Source of the DNA: Octopus sinensis
Taxonomy: Eukaryota
Assembly (NCBI RefSeq): GCF_006345805.1
Contig: NC_042998.1
Span: 79,112,001 to 79,176,000 of the forward strand
Length of the DNA: 64,000 nucleotides
Reading direction: 5' to 3'
Every line of letters starts with the position of its first letter. Within the stretch, counting starts at the first letter, position 1. Positions 52,081 through 64,000 of this stretch are shown one piece after another. A model generated the notes under the pieces. It searched no databases and was not told where the DNA came from. It saw only the letters and a program-made list of their open reading frames with translations. Made by a program: the position numbers and the translations under genes.

Positions 52081-53106
52081 AAACATTGAATAAGGTGCAA
52101 GTTTCAAGTCCTTGTCGGTAACTTTTTTCTCGTCATCTTCTAATAGTAATTACCCAACTTTCTAGGCTTTTCTCACAGCTATCCCGCGTTCAAAAATTAT
52201 ACGGGTATTTTAAAAATTTTCATTCAATAAATAATAGATTACGTATACATTACTAGAATAAACTGTCAGTTTTCCAAATAGCGAATGAAAATTTAAAAAG
52301 AGAAAGTGAGAGACTTTGCAGATGAGAATGGAATACTCCGCAACGAATGGCAATGAACATCTAAATTTGCGAGAAATTGGAATTTTAAAAATTCAAGAAA
52401 TTTGACAAATCGAAATTATAGGAAATTTCTTAGAACATGAATTTATAAAAATATTTCCAGACAGTCAACCCATTAATAATTGCTTTCTTTTAGTAATGGT
52501 TACATACATAATTAATAAGCAGCTTTCTCTATTATGGTATAGATAATGCCGAATGTGCATAAAGATGTGTTCATATACGTATATAAGTTTGGGTGTCGAC
52601 GTTAATGATACTGCATGTAGAAAATTACGAAACAGCTATGCATTCGCCTCTCACACCTGATTATATACTTACACCACGCACTGTGTGTGTGTGTGTGTGT
52701 GTATGTGTGTAAGTATATAATCAGGAGGTCGATCGCCACTTACTGCATGTATTTGTCTTGAGATATCATCTCTTATAGACTTAAAAACAACTATCAAAGG
52801 AAGTACGCACCACTGAATAGGCCCATAAAGGCCTGATGCATCTAGCGCTCTCGCTTACCGCTCCTGAGATGAGTGTTTTTTTTTATATCTCTGATATGTG
52901 TTCACTCATGATACATAAATGGCTATTATAATAAAATACTCAACTGCATTACCGGATATATATATGTTCTGCTATGTATATGTATGCTTACACACACACA
53001 CACACACAGACACAGAGGTAGGCTTGTGTACAGTTTATATCAAATCTGTCGTTGCTGCTAAACACTAGTTAGTGTTGATCGAACACATCCGTAAACACGA
53101 GTATTC

Positions 53107-53895
53107 GGATCTTTTCCTTTTGAACAGCAGTTTTCAACACAATTTCTAGTTAACTAAACATTTTTAAACTTCGTATACTGGTAGAATGTGTCAAAACAAA
53201 ACTTTTTTTTTGTCTTGGCTTTGAGAAAATTGTAATTTGTTTGTTTAATGTAGTTTAATTTTTCGAATTTTAACCAATGAATCGCCTCTATTGAGCTAAA
53301 ATAATTTGCTCCGTCTAAAACTGAGACAACATCCTGTCAGTTATGTTTACGTAAACAGCTATTTATACAGAATATACGGAAAGCGTGTGTATAAAATTAT
53401 AGAATTATTTTGTTACGCGTGTGTCTAAAATTATTCGTTTAGTTTTTGTTTTGAGTTTTTGCTTTCGTTTTAGCCTTTCGTTTTTTTTCTTAATTGTTAT
53501 CCTTAAATTAATTTAAAAATTAGGAAAAAAAAAACGAAAGCAAAAACTCAAAACAAGAACAAAACGAATAATTTTAGACACACGCGTAACAAATTAATTT
53601 AACAATTAAGAAAAAAAACGAAAGGCTAAAATTTAGGGTTAGGGTGAGAGTGAGGGTTAGTGACAGGATGTTGTCTCAGTTTTAGACGCAGCAAATGATT
53701 TTAGCTCAATAGAGGCAATCGATTGGTTAAAATTCGAAAAGTTAAACTACGTTAAACTTACAAATTACAATTTTCTCAAGAAAGCCAAAAGAAAAAAATG
53801 TTTTATTTTGACACATTCTACCAGTATACGAAGTTTAAAAGTGTTTAGTTAACAAGAAATTGTGTTGAAAACTGCCGTTCAAAAGGAAAAGATCC
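53107..53895. mobile_element. 789-bp non-autonomous foldback DNA transposon (GG...CC termini, MULE- or Merlin-like)
   Basis: TIRs of about 233 bp (53107-53339 / 53661-53895) starting GGATCTTTTCCTTTTGAAC; perfect 8-bp TSD GAGTATTC at 53099-53106 and 53896-53903. Confidence 0.92.
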
Positions 53896-54669
53896 GAGTA
53901 TTCAAGCCATGCTTTCATTTTTTTTGTGCTTCAGGAATATTGTACGCCGAAGAGCATAGAGATTCAGCTGCTATTTTCAGTACGTCCAAAGAATTTCTTC
54001 CTCCATAGGTTGGAGTGAAGTACAAAGGTTTGTGAAGAAATGAGAGACAGTTGTGGGGGGGGGGGTAAAATCATCATTAAAAAACGACTAATTGATATCT
54101 AAAGATTATATTAATCACTTCGATATCAAATATCATAGTGACTAAATCTTATTAGAGAAGGCGAATTACAAACTACAAGGATTGGATATTTGGCTGACTC
54201 AAATTTGTCAGAATTGCGTGAGATAAATAAGTTTTCTCGTTACCTAGTGATTAATTAACATAGGATATGTTGTTGGGTCTTGTTTTGGCAAGTTGATCGC
54301 CTCTGAGGTTGTCTTAACCTTTCTCTGTTTTCTTTGGGATCAATACTAACAATATACACAGCTTGGCACAATAGGAAATATAGCGAAAACCTCTGTAAAA
54401 TTAATTTAAACCAGAAATATTACATATTTTTTGAGACTAGGTTAGCTCTGTTTAAGCAGACCTATGCTCTAAAGCACTCCAACCATAACCACCTCGTCAT
54501 ATTTATATATACTATTCCGTTATCCAAAGAGTTTAGAAACCGTAGTATAACACTAAAGAAAATTTGTCATTTTAACTCACTGAGTGGTCATGTCCTTTGT
54601 TGGCTCTTTAGGAAATTAAGCCTGTATATTTGGTCAAATTTTTATGATGTCTTTTTGTTTTTAGCCGTA

Positions 54670-54830
54670 GGCGGGTAGTGGCTGCCAGAAACGTCTGGTA
54701 AAGTGCATTGTTTCTACGAATATTTGTTTTGAGTTCAAATGTCGCTGATGTCAACTTTGCTTTACTTTTTCTCCAGTTGAATAAACTTCTCTCTCCTAAA
54801 ATTTCTGGTGCCGAACCTGTTGTAGAATTC
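54670..54830 (+). mobile_element. Decayed SINE family B
   Basis: TTTGAGTTCAAATGTCGCTGATGTCAACTTTGCTTT similarity to 8701-8930; similar relics at about 55670-55860 and 57430-57550. Confidence 0.6.
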
Positions 54831-56084
54831 ATTATTTTCATACCGGGAGAATAGGTAACGTCTGAAACCTTTAGACTCCCGCCTACGCTAATAGGATTTA
54901 TAGGTCCGATATTCACTTCGAACTTCTGCCGGTAGGGGTGTATAAAAACATTTCTTGGAATAGCGTTCTGAAGAGTACTGTTCTATGTTAAAAAGCATAG
55001 AACAGTGTACAGTGCTGGGTTTGTGAGGCGAGACAGGAAGGATGGTTAAAGAAGGACAGGAGAGTGTATTAATAGATGGGTTTAGATGACATTAGTATAT
55101 AGTTTGTTAGTTCAGTTAACTGAAAATTGATGAAGAAATAGAAATAACTCAGTTGAAAACAGATTTCTGTGAATTAAAAGATATTTCAGTATACAAAAGA
55201 TTTTTCTTATTCGTTGGATGATGAAGTTTCTTTGGATGTTTACGAGTACACAAGTAGCTGTATCGTCCTAGATATGTGAGCTGAGCTTCACGGTTCCACG
55301 TCTACCAATATATCAGTAACTGATTCAGAGCCGAAGTACATATTTGCTCTTAAGAGAAAGCGTGGATTTATAATACACTTTGACTATGTTATCAATGTGT
55401 TGTTGTTAGTTTCAAAGGTTGTTAGATGTTATATCTAAGGCGAATAAGTGAAGCACTTCGCACTCTTTAATGACACTCATAAGAGGATTTTAACTCATTA
55501 TTGCTTGCTAATGAAGCACTTAATTTGATTTGATTTGATTTTTTTTTGTCATAAATGTATCGACTATTTTGTGAGACGGTACGAATACATTTCACATTGT
55601 AGAAGCACGAAATAAAAATAGATATAAAACAATGATAATAACAAATAATATTAGTAATACCAGACATGGGAGGTAGCAAAACAGCAGAAAAACTTTCATA
55701 ATTAGCTTGAATTGATGCAGCGTTTAGAGTTTAAATTGACCAGAATTTGCTGTTTATCCCTCCAGAGCTTAATAAAACACATGCCAGGATATAGGGATGC
55801 CAGCTTAATTGATTATATTCTTCACATACTGACTCAAGACACTTAGCCGAATTTAGAAATGAAAATTTGTGATTGGTTGACAGAAATGGTGGACCTCAAA
55901 GTATTTAGCTGCAAAACTACGTGATCTCAGTTCAAATCCTACTTGAGATTTATACCTTCAGAGATTAATATTCGATTCAAATTCTTGTAAAAGGACAGCA
56001 TGTTTGGAGAATGGGATTCGCTACGATTTTTTCAGTTGAGTACTCTTGCTAAATTAATTGTTGATCTTATGAAAATTATAACGG

Positions 56085-57416
56085 TTTTGCCTGCGGGCCG
56101 TGATATTTATTTGTTGTTTTTCCCCTATTTAGGGGCGAAATGAGTAAAATTATGGAAGTGGTCCAAACGCCCGAGCCTGCTCGAGCCGGAAGTTACGCTT
56201 CCGTAGCCAGCCATGAAAAGAATGCAGCCACCGTTAACCTCCTCGAAATTGAGGAGGTGGTGATGGTGGTGGATGAGGAAGAATTGAAAGAAAGTAGACA
56301 ATTGATACAGAGGGAGGGATCAAGGTTGAAGTTGACGCCCCCCACCCCTGAAGTTGTCACCATTTGAAAAAAAATAGTGACATACAGAACCATGTCCTTG
56401 AAAAACAGGAAAATTGAGATAGCGAGTGAGGAGACAGTAGAAAGTTGCCGCTAAGGAATCAATGACAATATTGCATTCTACAGTAGAGAAAGTTGCTTCG
56501 GCACAGTGGACGTGCGTTTTGCCCCGCTAGAGGAGGCAATAAAGCATTCCACGACGCCATTAAAGACGGAGATATGGATGCTCCTGCCAACCTATCTTGA
56601 CAAGCATGTTGTGAGAGTGAGGATTGGCAGGGTACCCTCTGAGATAGCTGAAATGTGGCTCATAGCTGCAATATTGACGGGTACGAACGAAAACCCAACA
56701 ATATTGAATGCAACAAGGACAAAGCAAATGAACTGTGGGGGCTATGGATTGGAAGTTACAATTCAGGCCACCCAACAAGATCTGGAAAAGATATGAGAGG
56801 AAATCGAACTGCCCGAAGATGTAAAGCTACGAGTGGTGGTAGAGGGGCGACCTCACACCTGTTACCATTGTGGGAGGAGGGGACATATAAAAGCAAATTG
56901 TCCTCAAACCAAGAACGAAATGCCTGAGGAGGAAAACCAGGATGAGAAAAATAATGACGTTAAAAACACCGAAATAACATATACAGTTGAAGAATACCAG
57001 GAAGTTCCAAGCAGAAAGAGGAAGGAACCAAAAAACTATAAGAGAAAGCTATACGAAATTACAAGAGAAAACTATAAGAAATTACAAGAAAAATTTTGGT
57101 AAAACATAGACCCACTAGGATCGGAGGTGAGATATGACAGTCTGCCTCCGGTGATGGAATATGAGGGCTTAAAACCATATATCATATGGCGAATGTAAGT
57201 AATTTTTAATTTTTGATACTAAAATTGATGAAAAATGTAAAAAGAAAAAAAACAGTCAAATGATCTACTCCATAGAGGGTTACAAGTAGCCATTTCATCG
57301 TCATCTATTTTATAATTCATCTCATTCAATCGTCTATGTTTTCATGTCCCCACGTTGTGTTTTCTATCCTTGTGCCTCCACTTCTATATTGGGCCCCTGT
57401 GGCTAATAAAGAAATA
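56085..57416 (+). mobile_element. ORF1-only (HAL1-like) non-autonomous Tx1-related retroelement
   Basis: Disrupted ORF from 56140 to about 57198 (SYASVA, VRVRIGRVP, VVVEGRPHTCYHCGRRGHIKANCP zinc knuckle), followed directly by a pyrimidine-rich UTR and a LINE-like tail GGCCCCTGTGGCTAATAAAGAAATA. No ORF2 lies between them. Confidence 0.75.
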
Positions 57417-58199
57417 CTTGTGAACGACTAAATAAAGTTTGGAGAATGGGCCAAGTCGATTATACAGACCACGTACGGATGAAAGGTATAGTCCACCTCA
57501 GAGGAATTTAAACTCAAAACGTAAAGACGGATAAAATGTCGCTTAGTGATAAAGCATTGCACTTTATTCAGTCAACTGCCTCTATCCAACATTAACAGCA
57601 GTTTTTTTTCTTTATTCTTTTCTTTTGCTTTATAACATTAAAAGTATTTCACAGGTAGTGATTCTACTGATATCAGGAATTATTTAGGGCGGGGATAATT
57701 TCATTATTAAAACTAGAAATAATCTATTGAATCAAGATTTAAACTCAACACTATAATCTAACGAAACATTCTTTAGCTATTTCGCGCTCTTGCTGCTAAA
57801 ATTTTTAAGCTATCTATAATTTGGGAAACAAGACCATTATTCATAGAGGATTTGAACTGTCAGCCTAATGTATTAAATTAACCAAGCGAAAACTGGTAGA
57901 ATTTCGTCAAAAATAAAAATAGTTTTAATCCTACTCTCTCTCTCTCTCTCTCTCTCTCTCACCTATTTGAGTTGCCCTGATGATTTACGTTGGTGCTAGT
58001 CAACTATCGGATGTGGAGGACTTTAATTTACAGGATAAAATTACAAAAAGTTCAGCTATATTACGCTTTCCGTCAATTCACTGAAAGTTAAGTTGCACAT
58101 TTTACTCTTCTATTCAGCAGATGGCAAGGAACTAGCAGTTGAAAAAAGAAAATTTGTTGTTGTTGACCTACCTGATCTTTATGTAGTTTCCGTTCTGGG

Positions 58200-59510
58200 A
58201 CAGGTAATATGTATATCATTTTCACTGCAAAACAGATGTAGGAGAGGAAGGGTGCAAACATGAGATCATGAATCTTGTCCAGGTTTTCATTGATTTATAC
58301 CCTATTGTTAATAGGGTATCCCTATCGACACATCGTCGTCCAAATTGCTGTATTGATAATTAAATCATCTCATAATGAAATGGAAGTACGAGTCGATGTT
58401 AACTGGAACTTAGTGGGACCATTAATGATGAAAAATGTGGTTAAGAAAAGTGACGCTCTCACTCCAACCCCATTTTGTATTTTGCTATTGTTCTTACTCA
58501 TGCTTATACCATTGATGGCTCTTCTGAGAGATAATGTAAAGTATAGATATCCTGGTCATCTATTCAATTTACGGCATTTTACTATCAATACGAAAGTATT
58601 TCTATCTTTTATGCATGATCTCTTTTGTGTAAATGACAGCGACTTTGTTGCACATTCTATTGAAGAGATACAAATTCTTCCTGCTGTTGTAATACATCTG
58701 ATATCTATTTCTTTACTACCCACAAGGGGCTAAACAAGGACAGACAAACGGAGTAAGTCGATTATATCAACCCCAGTGCGTAACTGCTACTTAATTTATC
58801 GACCCCGAAAGGATGAAAGGTAAAGTCGACCTCGGCGGAATTTGAACTCAGAACGTAGCGGCAGACGAAATACTGCTAAGCATTTCGCCTGGCGTGCTAA
58901 CGTTTCTGCCAGCTCGCCGCCTTTTAAATGCCGCTAAGCAGTTTGTTTTGTAATACATCTGATATCGGCAATAGTCTGATGAATACGGCTGTAATGTTTC
59001 AGCCAGCTCCAAGAAACACAAGTGAAAGTAGTTGACAGCATATTCAACCGCTGTTGCTCCTTACATTGTAATATATATCAGAAGGCATTGATTATTTTGG
59101 GGTTCTTAAGTCTCGTGTCGATTCCCAATACGGCGTCTCGAGGTTGACGAAAATTACCATGTATCGTGACTATGTGTTAACTTCCCTTCTTTACTCCAGC
59201 AAGTCATGACTCTTTTCAAAGTATCATGTAAAGGTTTTTGACGGCTTTCATCTGAACGGTTTGAGACATTCTGAATGTCAGCTGGCCCTGGTGGACTCCA
59301 GAAACAGAGATTTTGATGGGGAACCGAAGTCTTGAATATTGAAGCAATGTTACCCAAACATCGTTTACGCTAAACCGAACATTTTGTACGAATGAATGAT
59401 CGAATGAAAACGGAACAAGTGTTTATAGGGAAGTTGGGTGCGGAAAACGCCTTCGACCCAAAGCAAGAGTGTGGTTTAAGGATTATGTCATGGTCATCTT
59501 TGAGAATATT
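58200..59510 (+). mobile_element. RTE-clade LINE RT relic
   Basis: HNEMEVRV..MKNVVKKSDALTPTPF..YRYPGHLFNLRHF..DLFCVNDSDFVAHSIEEIQ, then ISLMNTAVMFQPAP, matching RTE-1 motifs. Confidence 0.8.
58706..58947 (-). mobile_element. Young SINE family B (tail 1) with a 19-bp TSD
   Basis: TSD TTGTAATACATCTGATATC at 58687-58705 and 58948-58966. Confidence 0.92.
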
Positions 59511-59908
59511 TGAAATAAAATAAGGTCAATTGGAAAGAAATTTTTTTAGTTGCACGACGTATAACCATTGAATTAGAACTACATACGATCCATCGCACGT
59601 CAAAATAAATTCCTGGAAAGAAATTTAATTCGTGTACTGCTATTCTCTCTATTCAACAAAATTAATAAATTTATTAAATATGCTTGATTTTTTCCCCCTT
59701 TATAACATATTAATTCAGGAGATTGATTATTGATTCTTGGAGATATGTTCCCTTCCCGCTTGGAGCTAACTGAAGTTACCATTAGGTGTTTGTTTACGTT
59801 CTCGCCAAGCGAAGTTAATTTCAATAAATCAATCATTTATCTTGTATAGCATCTTACATCTTTGCTGTCCAAACTAATTTCACTAAACATTCTCATAGAT
59901 TATTTTTG

Positions 59909-59967
<59 letters not shown>

Positions 59968-60022
59968 TGGATAGATATAGAAAGAATATATACATACACA
60001 CACATGTGTGAATGTATATATG

Positions 60023-60061
<39 letters not shown>

Positions 60062-60760
60062 GGCGGTGCATCAGCGTGGCCGCAGCTCTGAGCTGAAACT
60101 AGAATATATATATATACATACATACATATATACACGTACACACACACACACATATGCTCACGCAATCATTTCTTTGTTCTAATATTCATTCCAACACTAA
60201 CCAAAACAAGAATAGATGAAGTATTAATGCTATTATGACATTATTCCAGCGCTTTCTCAATAGTATTGTTACAGGTCACTATGGAGATAGGCGCAGGCAT
60301 TAATTTTGTTGTCTCTTAATGGCTTTGTTTCGTTGTGGATTGCGTAGGTGGAGGGACTAAATGTATCACAATGGCTTCACGCAACTTGCATCAGACGTTG
60401 TTGCTCTTTAGTAACTCATCTTCCCTCCTACACTAGGCTTGTCTTCTAAGTATTCTCCGCTTCATCAGCCACGTAGCTTGCACCACTCCATATATATGTG
60501 TATGTATGCGTGCGTACGTGTATGGAGAGTAGGTGCTTGTACATAAACGTGTGGCTCGTTAAACGAAACTATTTCGTCAAGTTCGTAAATTTCTACGAGC
60601 TTGGCAAGATAGTATCGTTTGACGAGGCCTACGAAACTTTTAAGTTTGATGGAGCAGAATCAAACGAGTAAATGTAACTCCTACGAAATGTGTTGAAAGC
60701 AACTTTCTTTCGTTTGTCCACCTATTCGTATTTACACACACACATACGCATGTGTTTGTG

Positions 60761-60795
<35 letters not shown>

Positions 60796-60962
60796 ATGAT
60801 ATTAACACATCTACGCATATATACTCATACAAATACACACCTCTTACTTTTCCCACTATAATCGCAGTGAAACAGTGATTGTTTGGAAAGTTTTACACAC
60901 ACGCACACATTTATATAGGCAGATAGACAGATACTTAAGAAATACAGACAGTCAGACAGACG

Positions 60963-61119
60963 GATAGATAGATAGATAGATAGACAGCAGGTAAGTAGAT
61001 AGATAGATAGATAGACAGCAGGTAAGTAGATAGATAGATAGATAGACAGCAGGTAAGTAGATAGATAGATAGATAGACAGCAGGTAAGTAGATAGATAGA
61101 TAGATAGACAGCAGGTAAG

Positions 61120-61160
<41 letters not shown>
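60963..61160. repeat. 31-bp minisatellite x5 built on (AGAT)n
   Basis: Unit CAGCAGGTAAGTAGATAGATAGATAGATAGA; GTAAGT starts at 60991, 61022, 61053, 61084 and 61115. Confidence 0.95.
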
Positions 61161-61161
<1 letters not shown>

Positions 61162-61959
61162 TACTCACACTGCGCCTCAGAGCTAGTCTCTATCCTTACA
61201 CAACTACAGGGATCTACCCTTTTGTTTGGAAACACGCTCAACTGTACTGCCGATATCAATCTCTCGTTTCTAGATCATTGCATTGCCACTTATTTTCATT
61301 GAGCTCTTTTTGTTCTGCAGTCCGTCAACTCTGGCGAATTCGGTTATGTCACTCACTTTCTTCCTTTCGTACATCAATGGCATTCAACAACATCCACACT
61401 TACAGAAATGATACTACACTTTATTTCTCCCGAACGAATGTCCTATCACGCATTATCTACTCGCAGCCTATACACCTTTACGTCAAACACTCATGAACAC
61501 AGAACGTGAAGGTATCGTCCAGTGGGAATATATGAATCTTTCTCAATTAACAGCAAGAGGACACAAGCTAGTCGCATCAAGAAAACACCGTTGCACAACA
61601 TTCCCTAAATCATGAACAATAATCAGTTACAATTATGCAAATTGTTTCAATAGTTGGATTTCGTTATTTTCGAAGTATTTGTCCTAGCTAAAGCACGCCC
61701 TCATCTTAGCCAGAACATCGCTGGAGCGACTAACCTTTTTCTCCTGAGTCAGAAGATTGTTCAACTCTCAACAATTATTGACACTCAACAAAGCTCACGA
61801 TGGAATGTTGCTCTCACACCTGCTATTGTTGTTACTGCTGCTATGCACACAAATTTCATAGATTACGTTTAGGAAAAGGCATAATGACACAAAGGGAAAC
61901 ACTGGTCCACATATATGCTGTCTCCTCTGACTGCCATTTCTGCACCAAGGGTTCTTTGT

Positions 61960-62105
61960 CCGGTATTTATTCTGGCTCTTTGAGTTTTGAGTTCAAATTG
62001 CCCTGAAGTGAACTTTACATTTCATCCCTTGGGGGTCGATTAAATTATGTACCGGTTAAATACTGGGGTTGATATTATTGACTGAAACCTCCTCCCAAAA
62101 TGACT
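61960..62105 (+). mobile_element. Decayed SINE family B
   Basis: TTTGAGTTCAAATTGCCCTGAAGTGAACTTTACATTTCATCCCTTGGGGGTCGATTAAATT. Confidence 0.75.
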
Positions 62106-62469
62106 AAATACCATTATTATTAAGTCAGAGAGATGGCACATTTGCTTGAGCGTAGGACAAACTGCCTTACAGTATTTGTTCCGGCTCTTTATTTGTATTT
62201 AAGGAATATAATATAAGTACTGAATGTAATGTGTGTCTGTATATGTATATGTATGTCTTGTGTATGTGTGTGCGCACGCGCTCATGTGCATATATGTGTG
62301 TGTATGTGCACATACTCCTTTATACATTACCAGCAAAGCTATTCGAGGGACCAGACTTTTTCATACTGTTACTCGAAACTCTACGCTCATGAATCACGTT
62401 GTTTTACATACACTTTGAATTACATACACTTTGAATTACATATGTAGATACTCTTCTTACAAACAATTA

Positions 62470-62810
62470 TCATGGCACTCCGTCGGTTTCGACGACGCGG
62501 GTTGATCCTATCAACAGAACAGCCTGCTCATAAAATTAACATGCAAGTGGCTGAGCTCTCCACAGACACGTGTACTCTTAACGTAGTTCTCGGGGAGATT
62601 CAGCGTGACACACAGGCTGATCCTTTGAAATACAGGTACAATAGAAACAAGAAGAAAGAGTGAGAGAAAGTTGTGGTGAAAGAGTACAGCAGGGTTCGTC
62701 ACCACACCCTGCCGGAGCTTCGTGGAGCTTTAGGTGTTTTCGCTCAATAAGCACTCACAACGCCCAGTCTGGGAATCGAAACCGCGATCCTACGATATTG
62801 CGCCTCCACT
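62470..62810 (-). mobile_element. tRNA-derived SINE family C
   Basis: Minus-strand head GTGGAGGCGCAAT..GGTTTCGATTCCC (B box; the A-box region appears deleted); its tail is echoed by a relic at about 36315-36400. Confidence 0.7.
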
Positions 62811-62883
62811 ACAAGCAATTATAATACATCGAAAACATACGTCTGAATTATCTTGAATTTTTACTTCATTTTATATTTCCCTG

Positions 62884-62922
<39 letters not shown>

Positions 62923-63735
62923 TATATATATAGTCATATTTTTAACAACGATTTCATAATCAAGAAGCTATTATTAAGGAACATTGAATGAAAACTACAT
63001 AGAACAATGATCGCTGCTGTTTTAGTATTTATTTTCTTGTTCGTTTTTGTTTTTGTGAAGGCGAATATGATATGATCGTAATCTCTCAGTAAGTTTTAAG
63101 AAGTTTCTTAATAAACATTGATCCATGGGAGTGTTTTATTTATTTATCTGTTTATCTGTCAATCTATCTACCTCATTTTACACTTCAGTTCTACGTCGCT
63201 TTGTATATTTTCATTTGTTCTTATGATAATTCTCCGCTTTCTGTCGGCTTAAACTTGAGGTGTTATGTAAAATGTCAGCTAGATAGCAGAACTTTCGTAA
63301 AAGCGGAATTTTCTTAATGAAAAACACGCGGAGCTCGATTACGTTTAAATAATACCTGCCATGCTGAAACGGCTTAGAATGGGATATGGTTTAGAGATGC
63401 GTTGAGTATGTTAGAAGTCAGAGAAGGATTAAAGTAAAGGTTATTTCATATTTTTTCAATGACTGGAAGATTCGCAATCAGATACTAGCGTCACAGAAAG
63501 CACTAAAAAAGAAAAAAATAGTAGAAATATATTGCTAGCTTGCTGGATATATATTGGTAAATAAATAGATACACATTTATACAAAATATAGAAACAGATG
63601 GGTGGAAACATATATTCCAATAAAAGCTCAATACATGTAGAATACATTTACAAGAATGCATCTATAAACATAGAATATATATGTATATATATATATATAA
63701 ACAAGCACACACACACATACACACATATAGTTCCA

Positions 63736-64000
63736 GGTCACTAGTGAGTTCTCTCATGAGTGCTACTGGTAATATGAAATCCAAGTACAACTTGTCGCAT
63801 GGTCGGGTCGTCGGTAACTAAGATGGCACCCCTATTGGGCTTGCCTCGTGAGGAGGGTTGGTAGATATCCAGTAGGACTAAAAACAGGACCTGTCAAAAC
63901 GAAGGAGGCCCCTAGTGTAGGTTCAACGACTATCTAGGAAGGGCCCTCAGAAATTCCGGGTACTCCTTAGTTTTTGTGAAGGCAACTCTCTAGGAGGTCA
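63736..64000 (+). mobile_element. RTE-5'UTR-like repeat running off the window end
   Basis: Homologous to the 5' part of 9213-9758 (-). Confidence 0.6.

Noticed and set aside
53632-53660. TTAGGG repeats read as a chromosome end
   Set aside because: There are only a few degenerate units and they are internal to a TSD-bounded transposon.
54968-55010. CTGAAGA followed by a long hairpin
   Set aside because: No GAAA, stem III or stem I follows, so only a hairpin is supported.

Overview
An AT-rich, repeat-saturated eukaryotic non-genic (intergenic or intronic) window. The SINE sequences and dense (TA)n/(CA)n/(TATG)n microsatellites suggest a coleoid cephalopod, probably Octopus; this is recognition from memory, not a database result. 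No intact host protein-coding gene can be supported, and almost every ORF in the track is a microsatellite artefact or a broken transposon ORF. The window holds one tRNA-Arg(ACG) variant or pseudogene and many copies of about four tRNA-derived SINE families. It also holds decayed LINEs (Tx1/L1, R4/Dong, RTE, CR1-like), Penelope-like elements (PLEs), mariner/Tc1 and hAT relics, two Helitron derivatives and several MITE/foldback elements. The most interesting signals are: (1) a non-coding 533-bp tandem unit with a type I hammerhead ribozyme in each copy (retrozyme or PLE pseudo-LTR-like), plus further hammerhead folds and relics, several with an unusual U just before GAAA; (2) a covarying 3' stem-loop shared by a Tx1-like LINE, an ORF1-only (HAL1-like) element and an abundant SINE, suggesting one three-partner retrotransposition system; (3) a 789-bp foldback element with an 8-bp TSD and internal TTAGGG-like repeats, and a MITE built around a tRNA-like core. 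Boundaries of decayed elements are approximate.
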